A DNA stretch of 64,000 bases from NCBI GenBank assembly GCA_038330175.1, contig JBBQNS010000003.1:283-64282 (forward strand). Direction: 5' to 3'. The position numbers were made by a program, and so were the translations under genes. Below, in pieces: positions 46,991 through 56,816 of this stretch. This DNA comes from Kiritimatiellia bacterium. Its GTDB lineage: Bacteria; Verrucomicrobiota; Kiritimatiellia; CAIKKV01; CAITUY01. The notes beneath the pieces are model-generated. The model was not told the DNA's origin. It worked only from the letters and a program-made list of their open reading frames with translations, and did no database searches. Within the stretch, counting starts at the first letter, position 1; every line of letters starts with the position of its first letter.

Positions 46991-48064
46991 CTAGTTGATC
47001 AATCGAACCTTTCGGTTACCTTTTTCAATCCAACCCACAATGACAGGCTTGGATCCTGTCTTTCGAAGAATGGTTATAGATTTTTCAACATCTTGTTTCT
47101 TGACCACAACCACCATGCCAATACCCATGTTGAAGACCCGATACATTTCCTCGCGATCCACCTTGCCCACTCGCTGGATAAACTGATAGACCTCGGGAAC
47201 GTCCCAAGCAGATCGGTCAAAAACCGCATTCACCGTGTCAGGCAACACACGGGGAACATTATCAAGAAACCCGCCGCCCGTGATGTGAGCCATCCCGCGA
47301 ACTTTGATCGCTTTCATCAATGTGGTGATCGGCTTTAGATAGCTGCGATGAACAGCCAGCAATATATCGGCAACCGTCTTGTTGGTTCCAGGTAAAGTAT
47401 CTTTAAGTTTAAGTTTTGCCTGCTCAAAAATGACCCGCCGCGCCAAAGAATATCCATTGGTATGTAAACCGGACGAGGGAAGTCCAATCATTACATCTCC
47501 TGGCCGAATCGCTTTACCGGTAATGACCTGCCGGCGATCCACAACCCCCACGATTGTCCCTACGAGATCATATTCCTTGGGAGGATAAAGCCCGGGCATT
47601 TCTGCGGTTTCACCGCCCAAAAGGGCGCATCCATTTTCGCGGCACGCCTTGCACAAGCCACTTACAACCTGCTCAAAAATCCACCCTTCAAACTTGGAAA
47701 TCCCGACATAATCCATGAAAAAAAGAGGAACGGCCCCCTGCACCAGGATGTCATTGACACAATGGTTGACGATATCCTGCCCGATGGTGTCGTGCTTGCC
47801 CGCCATAGCGGCAATCTTAAGCTTGGTCCCCACCCCGTCAGTACTTGCGACAAGAATTTTATCTTTCCCAGGCGAAGCAAAGAAGCCACCAAACGATCCG
47901 ATCTCATTCAACACACCAGCGGTTCGGGTCGATTTGACCATCTTCTTGATGGACGCAATGCCCGCCATTTTCTGATCGATATCCACGCCGGCAGCGGCAT
48001 AGGCAGATTTTACGATTTTCGTTTTTGCTTTTTTCGCGCTCATGATTTGATTTTCCTTTTTCAT
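46991..48064 (-). CDS. purM: Phosphoribosylformylglycinamidine cyclo-ligase
   Basis: YAAAGVD, STDGVGTK, GGETAEMPG, SSGLHTNGYS, HITGGG, FNMGIG. Confidence 0.95.
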   Translation of the reverse strand: MKKENQIMSAKKAKTKIVKSAYAAAGVDIDQKMAGIASIKKMVKSTRTAGVLNEIGSFGGFFASPGKDKILVASTDGVGTKLKIAAMAGKHDTIGQDIVNHCVNDILVQGAVPLFFMDYVGISKFEGWIFEQVVSGLCKACRENGCALLGGETAEMPGLYPPKEYDLVGTIVGVVDRRQVITGKAIRPGDVMIGLPSSGLHTNGYSLARRVIFEQAKLKLKDTLPGTNKTVADILLAVHRSYLKPITTLMKAIKVRGMAHITGGGFLDNVPRVLPDTVNAVFDRSAWDVPEVYQFIQRVGKVDREEMYRVFNMGIGMVVVVKKQDVEKSITILRKTGSKPVIVGWIEKGNRKVRLIN

Positions 48065-49353
48065 AGCCCGACGGCCTTAAACGTGCGCGCCACATCCCTA
48101 AAATGCGTCGCGAGATTGAACACTTGATCAAGATCTTTTACAGATACCTTGGCCATAATCGCCTGATCCGCCTCAATCAAGTCGCGCAAATTGCGCCGCG
48201 TATCCCATGCCGCCATGGCATGCCGCTGGATCATGCGATAAGCCTGCTCCCGCGTGAATCCTTTTTGCGTTAACATGAGAAGCACCTGTTGGGAGTGAAT
48301 CAGCCCATGCGTCAGATTCAGGTTTTCTTTCATCCGCTCCGGCGACACAAGCATGTTGCGCGTCAGTTTTTCAAGTCCCACCAACATGTGATCAAGCGCA
48401 ATGGTACTATCGGGCAAAATGACTCGCTCGACAGATGAGTGCGAGATATCGCGCTCGTGCCAAAGGGCGACATTCTCAAGAGCTGCCACTAAATTTCCGC
48501 GCAACAAGCGGGCTAACCCGCACAGTTTCTCACCGGTAATCGGATTTTTCTTATGCGGCATTGCGGAAGACCCTTTTTGCTCTTCGCCGAAATATTCCTC
48601 TACTTCCAAAACTTCAGTGCGTTGCAGATGCCGGAATTCTGTCGCCCAACGATCCACCGAAGCGCCAACCAAGGCCACTGCTGACATATATTCCGCATGG
48701 CGATCTCGTTGCAATATCTGCGTCGAAATAGCCGCAGGCTTAAGCCCAAGCTTTTTGCACACATACTGTTCTACAAAAGGATCAATGTGCGCGTGAGTTC
48801 CGACCGCCCCTGAGAGCTGTCCCACCCGGATCACTTCTCGCGCGGCTTCCAATCTTTTGAGTGCCCGGCCAAATTCGTCATACATCAACGCCATTTTAAG
48901 ACCGAAGGTAATAGGTTCTGCATGCACTCCATGACTTCGGCCAATCATGGGAGTTAATTTATATTTTTTAGCCTTTGCCGCAGCGGCCTTGCGCACCGTT
49001 TTCACATCAGCGATTAAGATGTCCATCGCCTGAACCATCTGAACGGCTAATGCCGTGTCCAGGACATCAGAACTGGTCAAGCCGCGGTGAATAAAGCGGG
49101 AAGAGGATCCCACATGTTCAGCGACATTGGTTAGGAAAGCGATCACATCGTGATTCACCTTTGCTTCAATCTGGTTGATGCGTTTGACGCTGAAGGTCGC
49201 CCGGGATTTAATTCGCTTCAAATCTGCGGCGGGGACAATCCCTAATTCATGCATTGCCTCGCAAGCGAGAATCTCGATTTTCAACCAGATCCGGAATTTA
49301 TTCTCGTCATCCCAAATATTTCCGATTTCAGGACGTGTATATCGTGGAATCAT
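48061..49353 (-). CDS. purB: Adenylosuccinate lyase
   Basis: MIPRY, HRGLTSSD, GRSHGVHAEP, GSSAMPHKKNP. Confidence 0.95.
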   Translation of the reverse strand: MIPRYTRPEIGNIWDDENKFRIWLKIEILACEAMHELGIVPAADLKRIKSRATFSVKRINQIEAKVNHDVIAFLTNVAEHVGSSSRFIHRGLTSSDVLDTALAVQMVQAMDILIADVKTVRKAAAAKAKKYKLTPMIGRSHGVHAEPITFGLKMALMYDEFGRALKRLEAAREVIRVGQLSGAVGTHAHIDPFVEQYVCKKLGLKPAAISTQILQRDRHAEYMSAVALVGASVDRWATEFRHLQRTEVLEVEEYFGEEQKGSSAMPHKKNPITGEKLCGLARLLRGNLVAALENVALWHERDISHSSVERVILPDSTIALDHMLVGLEKLTRNMLVSPERMKENLNLTHGLIHSQQVLLMLTQKGFTREQAYRMIQRHAMAAWDTRRNLRDLIEADQAIMAKVSVKDLDQVFNLATHFRDVARTFKAVGL

Positions 49354-49492
49354 AAGCTGTACTCCTCTAAAAAATGAGGCCGGAGATTATTGAATTTCTC
49401 CCCTCGATGCCAGCAAATACATTCAACTCCAGGCCGCCAGTTTTCTGTCCGCAAGGATCACAAACAGGTGCTGTTATGCGCTCACGCCTCCT

Positions 49493-50632
49493 CTAGATCC
49501 ATCTATTTTTGTCTCTGACAGCCTGGGTAAAAGCGCAATCTTCCGGCACCACCCCTTGACGCGCGATATTTAGAAGCACGCCTACACACATCATCGACAC
49601 AATCAAACTTGAGCCGCCATAGCTGATAAAGGGAAGCGCAAGCCCCTTGGTGGGCAAGCAACCGGAAACCACGCCTATATTAATAACCGCCTGAACGGAC
49701 GTCATTAACGTGAATCCTATACCCATTAATCTCCCAAAAAGATCGGGAGCTTGAAAACTAATGGCGGCACCACACGCCAAAAATCCCGCAAACAAAAGCA
49801 CAACGAGCAGGGTGGCCGCCAAACCTAACTCTTCGCCAATAATGGCCAAAATGAAATCTGTGTGAGCCTCCGGTAGATAATAATGTTTTTGAAGACTCTC
49901 TCCCAGCCCTACCCCCCAGACTCCACCCAATGTAAAGGCCTGCTCAGACTGTTGAAGATGATAAGCCTCCTTAGGATATTTTTCAGGATTCATGAACGCC
50001 AAAACGCGCCCGGCCCGTATGGGGTCATGCATCACCGCTCCCGCAAATAAAAGCAGCCCCAGCAGTCCCAACAAGGCTAAATATCGGGGCGGACTGCCCC
50101 CTGTAAACATGATGGCGGCACCGACCACACCGAGCAGAACGGTCGTCCCAAAATCAGGCTCAAAAATTACCAGACCCAATACGGGGGCCATTAAAGCAAG
50201 AGGTTTTAATATTCCCCCTTTAAAAGACTGATTCTTGCTTCCGCCTTTGGCCATCCAGGCGCTCATCATGATGACCAAGGCGAACTTGGCCAATTCGGAA
50301 GGTTGTGTGCTAATGGGCCCTATCCGTATCCAGCGATGACTGCCATTAATCTTAGCACCGATATGAGGGACCAGCACCAAAACAAGCAATAGGCCTGAAA
50401 ATACGGCTAAAGGGATCCACCATCGTTGCCAACGATGATAATCAATAGACGCCGTCACCACCCCTGCCACCGCAGCGCCGGCTAACCAGATCAACTGCCG
50501 GAACAGAAAATAGTTTGCATCTTTGTAGACAGCGTTCCCTTTAACAGAACTGGCGCTGGCCAACATTACGATGCCCAGCGCCAGTAACAAAAGAACGATG
50601 CCCACTAATATGGTGGGCGTTTTCCGCATCAC
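49493..50632 (-). CDS. ftsW: SEDS family cell division protein FtsW
   Basis: NGSHRWI, QPSELAK, EPDFGT, LPEAHTDFI, KGLALPFISYGGSS. Confidence 0.93.
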   Translation of the reverse strand: MMRKTPTILVGIVLLLLALGIVMLASASSVKGNAVYKDANYFLFRQLIWLAGAAVAGVVTASIDYHRWQRWWIPLAVFSGLLLVLVLVPHIGAKINGSHRWIRIGPISTQPSELAKFALVIMMSAWMAKGGSKNQSFKGGILKPLALMAPVLGLVIFEPDFGTTVLLGVVGAAIMFTGGSPPRYLALLGLLGLLLFAGAVMHDPIRAGRVLAFMNPEKYPKEAYHLQQSEQAFTLGGVWGVGLGESLQKHYYLPEAHTDFILAIIGEELGLAATLLVVLLFAGFLACGAAISFQAPDLFGRLMGIGFTLMTSVQAVINIGVVSGCLPTKGLALPFISYGGSSLIVSMMCVGVLLNIARQGVVPEDCAFTQAVRDKNRWI

Positions 50633-51471
50633 TCAACAGGCGGAGGAATTTTCAATACCTGTCCCGCCTTGACGTCAGGCGAAGACAAATTATTCAGACG
50701 CATGACTTCTTCAGCACGAACGCCATACATCATCGCGATGGAGTTTAAATCCTGGTTTAGCTCGACGACATGCAAAACGTCATTTGACTTCGGAGCCACG
50801 AGATCCGCCATAGGCGCGGGCGCCACACTCTCATCAGGCATCACAACGGCGTCCGGTGCAGGAGCAGCTTGCCCTTTTTCCACATGAGCGGCAGCACCTT
50901 TGGGGAGTTTTAGCTTCTGCCCCACGACCAATTTATCATTGGTCAAACCATTAAGTTGCTTGAGCGCCTTGGTCGTCGTCTTGTGAGCCACCGCAATGCT
51001 GCCAAGCATGTCGCCAGATTTCACAACATAGACATCACCACTGGCGGCAACCGGAACGGACTTCACGGCGGATTTTGAAGCCTTTTTATGCGCCGTCTTA
51101 GCACCATGTGAAGGAGCCCTGTCAGCAGCACTCAGCTCCACTGAACCAGGAAGCTTCAACTTCTGGCCTACGCGAATCTTGTTCGGGTTGGTAATGTTAT
51201 TGAGCTTGATAATATCTTTGGTAGAGACTTTGAAACGCTTGGCAATGGAACCTAGACTTTCACCAGACTTGACGACGTAGGACTTGGATTCGACCACGGC
51301 TTCCGCCTTGGGCTCAGGCTTCACTTCAGTGACCTGAGGAACAACTTCTGTTGTCGGGGGCATGACCACAGGGGTAACCGCTTCCTCGTTGACACGCGTT
51401 GTCCCGCATCCCACACTTAGCATCAAGCCGCCTACAACCATCACTGACCCTATTATTCGAACCTTTTTCAC
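50629..51471 (-). CDS. Lipoprotein with three LysM domains
   Basis: Lipobox VGC; YVVKSGESL, YVVKSGDML, HVVELNQDL LysM repeats. Confidence 0.88.
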   Translation of the reverse strand: MKKVRIIGSVMVVGGLMLSVGCGTTRVNEEAVTPVVMPPTTEVVPQVTEVKPEPKAEAVVESKSYVVKSGESLGSIAKRFKVSTKDIIKLNNITNPNKIRVGQKLKLPGSVELSAADRAPSHGAKTAHKKASKSAVKSVPVAASGDVYVVKSGDMLGSIAVAHKTTTKALKQLNGLTNDKLVVGQKLKLPKGAAAHVEKGQAAPAPDAVVMPDESVAPAPMADLVAPKSNDVLHVVELNQDLNSIAMMYGVRAEEVMRLNNLSSPDVKAGQVLKIPPPVE

Positions 51472-51474
51472 TAC

Positions 51475-52836
51475 CTATTCTCCTTTTTGTATATCTCGTA
51501 CAATTTTTAAAAACTGGTCGCCTCTATCTTCAAAACCTTTAAACTGGTCAAAACTTGCACAACCGGGTGACAGTAAAATCACTTCACCCCGCTGTGCGTC
51601 TTGCCAAGCTCTATGCACGGCATTTTTAAGATCACTACAAGCGAAACAAGCCAAGTCATCTTGCCAAGCTTCAATCATAACCCGTGTATATTTGCCGATA
51701 ATGTAAACACCACGCACCTTGTTTACCAGTATTTTTTTTACTGAATCTAAATCCGTTTCCTTTAACAGCCCCCCAGCGATCAGGCGTATCGGCCCCCGTG
51801 TCATCTGGACGCCTGCGGATAAGGCCGCCAGATTGGTCGCTTTGGAATCATTTACAAATAAAACCCCTCTTATTTCCGCGATTTTTTGCATGCGGTGAGG
51901 AAGGCTTTGAAATGTTTTTGCAGCCTTCCCTACGCATTTCGGGTCAATACCGAGCCCCATCAAAGCCGCAACGCAGGCCGCAGCCGAAATCCCCATCACT
52001 TCGTTGTCAAACATCGTACCTGCCAGAGGAACAGGCTGAACCAGAGCCGTTCCTCGGATAAATCCATCTTCGTAATAGCAAGAAGACTGAGAAGATAACC
52101 CAAAGGTTGAAACGCGGCAGTCTGAGGGAACGGCCATCTTAATCCGGTCAAGCACCATTTCAGGGAGTACCGCCACCTGCCGCTGATCCATGCGCGTGAA
52201 TAGGCGCGCTTTCAGATCAGCATAACGCTCAAAGGAACCATGCCGGTCTAAATGATTCGGGTTAATGTTCAGCAGGATCCCCGCATCAGGCACAAATTGT
52301 TCGACGGCTTCCAGCTGGAATGAACTGACCTCAACCACCACCCATTCGGGCGCAGGGTCTAAACAGGCCAGGGCGGATAAAGGGGTCCCGTAATTCCCGC
52401 CAGCCATTGCGGAAAAGTCGGCGTTTTGCAGGGACTCGCAACACAACTTAACCAGCGTGCTTTTCCCATTAGAACCGGTTACAGCCAGAATTCGACTTTG
52501 GCAGGCGCGCCACCCAAGCTCTAGCTCAGAAATCACCGAGATTGTTCGATGATGGAGTTCCACTAGCCAGGGGTCTGTCTCGGGGATTCCCGGACTTACA
52601 ACAGCAAACTCAACCGAAACGGCAGGCAAGTCCCTTGAACCAAGGCACACCTGGCATCCTGCTGCCTGTAATTTTAACGCCCTTGCCTCCAGCGCGGGGC
52701 TCACCCCGGAATCAATAACCATTACCTGTCGGCCTTGATGGCGCAAGAGCTGAGCGGCAGCTTCTCCACTGGCACCTAACCCCAGCACGAGCACGGCAGA
52801 ACCAGATAGTGTGGTTTGTTCAGACATGGATCTCAC
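51475..52836 (-). CDS. murD: UDP-MurNAc-L-Ala-D-Glu ligase
   Basis: VSPGIP, TGSNGKST, EVSSFQLE, NHLDRH, NDSKATN, LSPGCASFDQF. Confidence 0.94.
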   Translation of the reverse strand: MRSMSEQTTLSGSAVLVLGLGASGEAAAQLLRHQGRQVMVIDSGVSPALEARALKLQAAGCQVCLGSRDLPAVSVEFAVVSPGIPETDPWLVELHHRTISVISELELGWRACQSRILAVTGSNGKSTLVKLCCESLQNADFSAMAGGNYGTPLSALACLDPAPEWVVVEVSSFQLEAVEQFVPDAGILLNINPNHLDRHGSFERYADLKARLFTRMDQRQVAVLPEMVLDRIKMAVPSDCRVSTFGLSSQSSCYYEDGFIRGTALVQPVPLAGTMFDNEVMGISAAACVAALMGLGIDPKCVGKAAKTFQSLPHRMQKIAEIRGVLFVNDSKATNLAALSAGVQMTRGPIRLIAGGLLKETDLDSVKKILVNKVRGVYIIGKYTRVMIEAWQDDLACFACSDLKNAVHRAWQDAQRGEVILLSPGCASFDQFKGFEDRGDQFLKIVRDIQKGE

Positions 52837-53933
52837 CTGATTTTAAGCGTAGCGATCCCAAGGAGCGCAAACAAAATGGAAAGAATCCAAAACCGGATCG
52901 TCACCTGTGTCTCACTCCATTTTTTCATTTCAAAATGATGATGGATTGGAGCCATGGCAAAAATTCTTTTTCCACGTAATTTAAAAGAAGCCACCTGCAA
53001 AATCACACTCATGGCTTCCATTACAAAGACGCCCCCGACAATAATCAATACAAGCTCCTGCTTGATGAGAATGGCAACCATAGCCACGGCGCCGCCCAAT
53101 GCCAGACTCCCCGTATCCCCCATGAAAACCTGAGCGGGGTGACAGTTATACCATAAAAAACCTAGACAGCCTCCCAAAAGACAGCCACAAAAAACAGCCA
53201 ATTCACCGGTACCGGGAATGTAGGGTATAAATAAATATTCTGCAAAAGTACGGTGCCCCGCGATATACGCCATCACTAAATACGCCAAAGCCACTGTACT
53301 GCTACACCCGATGGCTAAGCCATCTAATCCATCGGTCAAGTTGACCGCATTGCTTGCGCCCACGACGATCAAAACCACAAATAAAATCGCCACAAACCAA
53401 CCCAAATCCTTGATCACCGGCCCCTTACAAAACGGAACCATCAGCTGCTTGGCATGCTCCCGGGTTTCCGGGAGGATCAACATGACACCACCGATAATGA
53501 CGGCCCATAATATTTGAAGCCGGAATTTAGCCCGCGCGCTTAGGCCTATGGCATTTTTCCCACGCAGCTTCACCGAATCGTCCAAAAACCCCACAAACCC
53601 CATAAAGATAAACGTCGACAGCGTTAAAAGAATAAAAACATTTGTCGGCATGGCCCAAAGCAAGGTAGACACGGTTACCGAACCAATAATGAGGATTCCT
53701 CCCATGGTGGGCGTTCCCTCTTTTTTTTCATGTAACACATGAAGCGGAGGGGCCTCTTCTTTTCGAATATATTGCTGTACTTTATAGGCGCGGAGTTTTC
53801 GGATCACCCAGGGGCCAAGCATGACACACAATAAAAACGACGTTCCGGCCCCACAAAGTGCGCGAACCGTAATGTACTTAAACACACGTAATTCGGAAAT
53901 CCAACCACTGAAATACTGCAAATAATAGAACAT
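52833..53933 (-). CDS. mraY: Phospho-MurNAc-pentapeptide transferase
   Basis: KEGTPTMGG, NAVNLTDGLDGLA, FMGDTGSLALG, MAPIHHHFE. Confidence 0.95.
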   Translation of the reverse strand: MFYYLQYFSGWISELRVFKYITVRALCGAGTSFLLCVMLGPWVIRKLRAYKVQQYIRKEEAPPLHVLHEKKEGTPTMGGILIIGSVTVSTLLWAMPTNVFILLTLSTFIFMGFVGFLDDSVKLRGKNAIGLSARAKFRLQILWAVIIGGVMLILPETREHAKQLMVPFCKGPVIKDLGWFVAILFVVLIVVGASNAVNLTDGLDGLAIGCSSTVALAYLVMAYIAGHRTFAEYLFIPYIPGTGELAVFCGCLLGGCLGFLWYNCHPAQVFMGDTGSLALGGAVAMVAILIKQELVLIIVGGVFVMEAMSVILQVASFKLRGKRIFAMAPIHHHFEMKKWSETQVTIRFWILSILFALLGIATLKIR

Positions 53934-53938
53934 GTCTT

Positions 53939-55336
53939 TTAATCCTTATTCAGCCTGCTGGAAAGTTGAGCTACAACTTCATCCAAATGTTTTCCGCGCG
54001 AGGCTTTTACCAATACGGCATCCCCAGGAGCGATACAATTCCTCAAGAGCTCAACACTCGGATCAAGCGTTTCAAAAGCGTGAACTCGCTCAGGAAGCAT
54101 CCCTGCGGAAAGAGCCCCTTTCGAGATTTGGGTACCCAAGACACCAATGGTGATAAGCCCCGCCCAAGCCTCCCCTGCCAAGGAGCGTCCAAGCGCCAGA
54201 TGTTCTTCCACCTCGGAGGACCCCAGCTCGAGCATATCGCCCAGCACCAGCCATTTACGTCCCGCGATGCCCAGCTCCCTGAAGGTTTGAATGGCCGCCT
54301 TCATGCTGAGGGGATTGGCATTGTACGCGTCATTGATGAAAGTAACCCCGCCCGCTTCCGTTTGCTCCCACCGCATCGGGGGAGGAACAAAACGGTCGAA
54401 GGAGGCGGCGATCTGCTCCCAGGACACTCCAAATCCGCGAGCAACGGCAATGGCCAGCAGTGCATTGCTACGGTTATGGGCTCCTGGCAACGACAGGCGA
54501 AAGGCGTGAATTCCACCATTAACCCGATCCTCCACCTTGCACTCACCCGTCTTTTTGTCCGCAAAAACCAAACGATAGTCCGCCTCCATCGACTCATTAA
54601 CGGAAGTCGTAATAACCCGGCCTGGTGCCCTGGCACGTAAAACCGCTTCATAGGGTTCATCCCGGCTTATTACGGCAATCCCGTCAATCGGTAGACTCCG
54701 CAATAATTCAGCCTTTTCACGGGCAATCGCTTCAACGGAGGAGAAAAATTCAAGATGCACAGGCCCCACATTGGTGATAACACCCCAGTTGGGTTTTGCG
54801 ATTGAACAGAGCGGAGCTATTTCGCCGGGATGGCTAATACCCAGCTCCAAAACGGCCACCTCACTTTTCGGCGGGATAGCCAAAATGCTGAGAGGGAGAC
54901 CTATGTCATTGTTCCAATTTCCCTTGGTGCGTGCGGTTGAAAAGGTTCCCGCTAGCAGACAGGCAATCATCTCTTTAACCGTAGTTTTGCCAGTGCTACC
55001 CGTAACGCCCACAACGGAAAGCCCCAGTTTCTCGCGATAACCGGTTGCCAATTCCTTCAAGGCCTGGGCCGAATCCTCAACCACCAGCAAGGGTAGCTCC
55101 AGATGCTGAAGCCCGGCTAGGCGGGATCGGGCAATCAATGCCCCTGCCGCACCCGCCCCAGCTGCCTGCGCCACAAAGTCATGTCCGTCAAATCGTGCGC
55201 CACGTAGGGCGACAAAGAGAGCCCCGGGCACAGCGTTCTTGGCGTCATGCACTACCGATTGGATTTTTTCAGGGAGGCGGGGAATCCAGTGTCCCCCACA
55301 CCAGTTCGCCAAATCTACGGGATCAAAAGAGTTCAT
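53939..55336 (-). CDS. murF: UDP-MurNAc-tripeptide D-Ala-D-Ala ligase
   Basis: VTGSTGKTT, NNDIGLP, NDAYNANP, GDMLELG, VKASRG. Confidence 0.94.
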   Translation of the reverse strand: MNSFDPVDLANWCGGHWIPRLPEKIQSVVHDAKNAVPGALFVALRGARFDGHDFVAQAAGAGAAGALIARSRLAGLQHLELPLLVVEDSAQALKELATGYREKLGLSVVGVTGSTGKTTVKEMIACLLAGTFSTARTKGNWNNDIGLPLSILAIPPKSEVAVLELGISHPGEIAPLCSIAKPNWGVITNVGPVHLEFFSSVEAIAREKAELLRSLPIDGIAVISRDEPYEAVLRARAPGRVITTSVNESMEADYRLVFADKKTGECKVEDRVNGGIHAFRLSLPGAHNRSNALLAIAVARGFGVSWEQIAASFDRFVPPPMRWEQTEAGGVTFINDAYNANPLSMKAAIQTFRELGIAGRKWLVLGDMLELGSSEVEEHLALGRSLAGEAWAGLITIGVLGTQISKGALSAGMLPERVHAFETLDPSVELLRNCIAPGDAVLVKASRGKHLDEVVAQLSSRLNKD

Positions 55337-55343
55337 GTAATTC

Positions 55344-56816
55344 TTAGCGGTCCATTTCTATTAAAGCTTTTTTCACAACCGTGCGATCATCAAAAAAGGT
55401 TTGAACCCCGGCTATTTCCTGAGTTGTTTCATGACCTTTACCGGCAATGATCACCACGTCTTTATCCCGTGCTACAGCCAAAGCCATTGCAATCGCTTTA
55501 CTGCGGTCTTCAACAACCTCATAATTTGAAGCACTACCAAATCCAGAACACACTTGATTGATGATCGACAGGGGCTCTTCATCGCGAGGGTTATCTGAGG
55601 TGACAATCGCCATGTCCGCTAAACGTGCTGCCACAGCCCCCATCAATGCCCGTTTACTTTTATCCCGGTTGCCGCCGCAACCGAACACAACGATCAACCG
55701 CCCTCTGGTTAAACACCGCACGGTTTCCAGCACGTTCGCCAAAGCATCATCTGTGTGGGCATAATCAACAAACACCCGCCAGCCGCGATTTACGGGAATC
55801 TCTTCAAGCCGCCCAGGAACAATTGCACGTGCCGCCAAAGCCCGAACCATAGCCGCATCATCCAATTGCATGGCCCGCCCCGCCGCATAGGCACCAAGCA
55901 AGTTCTGCAGATTAAAGCGCCCCAGAAGCGGTGTCCGCAGTTGACTTTCGCCCCAAGGCGTCACCACTTTACATTCGCTGCCATTCATACTCAAACGCAC
56001 ATCCACCGCCTGAACCATAGCTCCCGCCTCGATGCCGAAGGTGATGACCTCCGCATGGATTTCAGGATCCACAGCCAGCTTGCGCCCCCAGGGGTCGTCG
56101 TGGTTGATAATGGCCACGGCACGTTTATGTCCACGACCAAGCTCAGTAAATAATCGGCGTTTGGCGCTATAATACGCTTCCATTGTATGATGGTAGTCCA
56201 AATGATCGCGCGTCAGATTAGTAAAAATCGCCACATCAAACTCAACGCCTGAAACCCGTTTTTGATCTAGCGCATGCGACGACACTTCCATAACAACACT
56301 ATGACAGCCCGCTCGCACCATCTGTTTCAAGTAATCCTGAACTTCCAAGGATTCCGGCGTGGTTCGGCGTGCGGGGATAATCCGCGTTCCAATTTCATAA
56401 TGGACCGTCCCGATCAAGCCCGGTATGCGTCCGACAGATTCCAATATATCCCTGACCATAAAAGCGGTCGTCGTTTTTCCATTTGTACCAGTGATCCCGA
56501 CAACGGATAGCATCCCGCTGGGATGCCCATAGAAAGCGTCACAAATCTCGGCTAAAGCCAATCGCGTATCTTCCACCTGTACCTGAGTAACTTCACGTGC
56601 AGAAAGCCGAGCGTGAGAGGTTACCACCACTGTTGCGCCCCGCTTAATGGCTTCTTCCGCATATTCAAATCCATCACAATGTGCACCGGGAATGGCCACG
56701 AACAGTTGATCAGAGGTTACCTGCCGGGAGTCGTAGGCAATTCCGCTCACCTCGCGCTCAGGATTGCCCCGCACGACAAGCGTCTTCACTTTTTTTAATA
56801 GTTCGGATAACTTCAT
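55344..56816 (-). CDS. murE: UDP-MurNAc-dipeptide diaminopimelate ligase
   Basis: TGTNGKTT, MEVSSH, DYAHT, GCGGNRD, DNPR (meso-DAP specificity), AGKGHE. Confidence 0.95.
   Translation of the reverse strand: MKLSELLKKVKTLVVRGNPEREVSGIAYDSRQVTSDQLFVAIPGAHCDGFEYAEEAIKRGATVVVTSHARLSAREVTQVQVEDTRLALAEICDAFYGHPSGMLSVVGITGTNGKTTTAFMVRDILESVGRIPGLIGTVHYEIGTRIIPARRTTPESLEVQDYLKQMVRAGCHSVVMEVSSHALDQKRVSGVEFDVAIFTNLTRDHLDYHHTMEAYYSAKRRLFTELGRGHKRAVAIINHDDPWGRKLAVDPEIHAEVITFGIEAGAMVQAVDVRLSMNGSECKVVTPWGESQLRTPLLGRFNLQNLLGAYAAGRAMQLDDAAMVRALAARAIVPGRLEEIPVNRGWRVFVDYAHTDDALANVLETVRCLTRGRLIVVFGCGGNRDKSKRALMGAVAARLADMAIVTSDNPRDEEPLSIINQVCSGFGSASNYEVVEDRSKAIAMALAVARDKDVVIIAGKGHETTQEIAGVQTFFDDRTVVKKALIEMDR

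Noticed and set aside
49354-49492. ZTP or purine riboswitch upstream of purB
   Set aside because: No recognisable consensus elements in this 140-nt gap.
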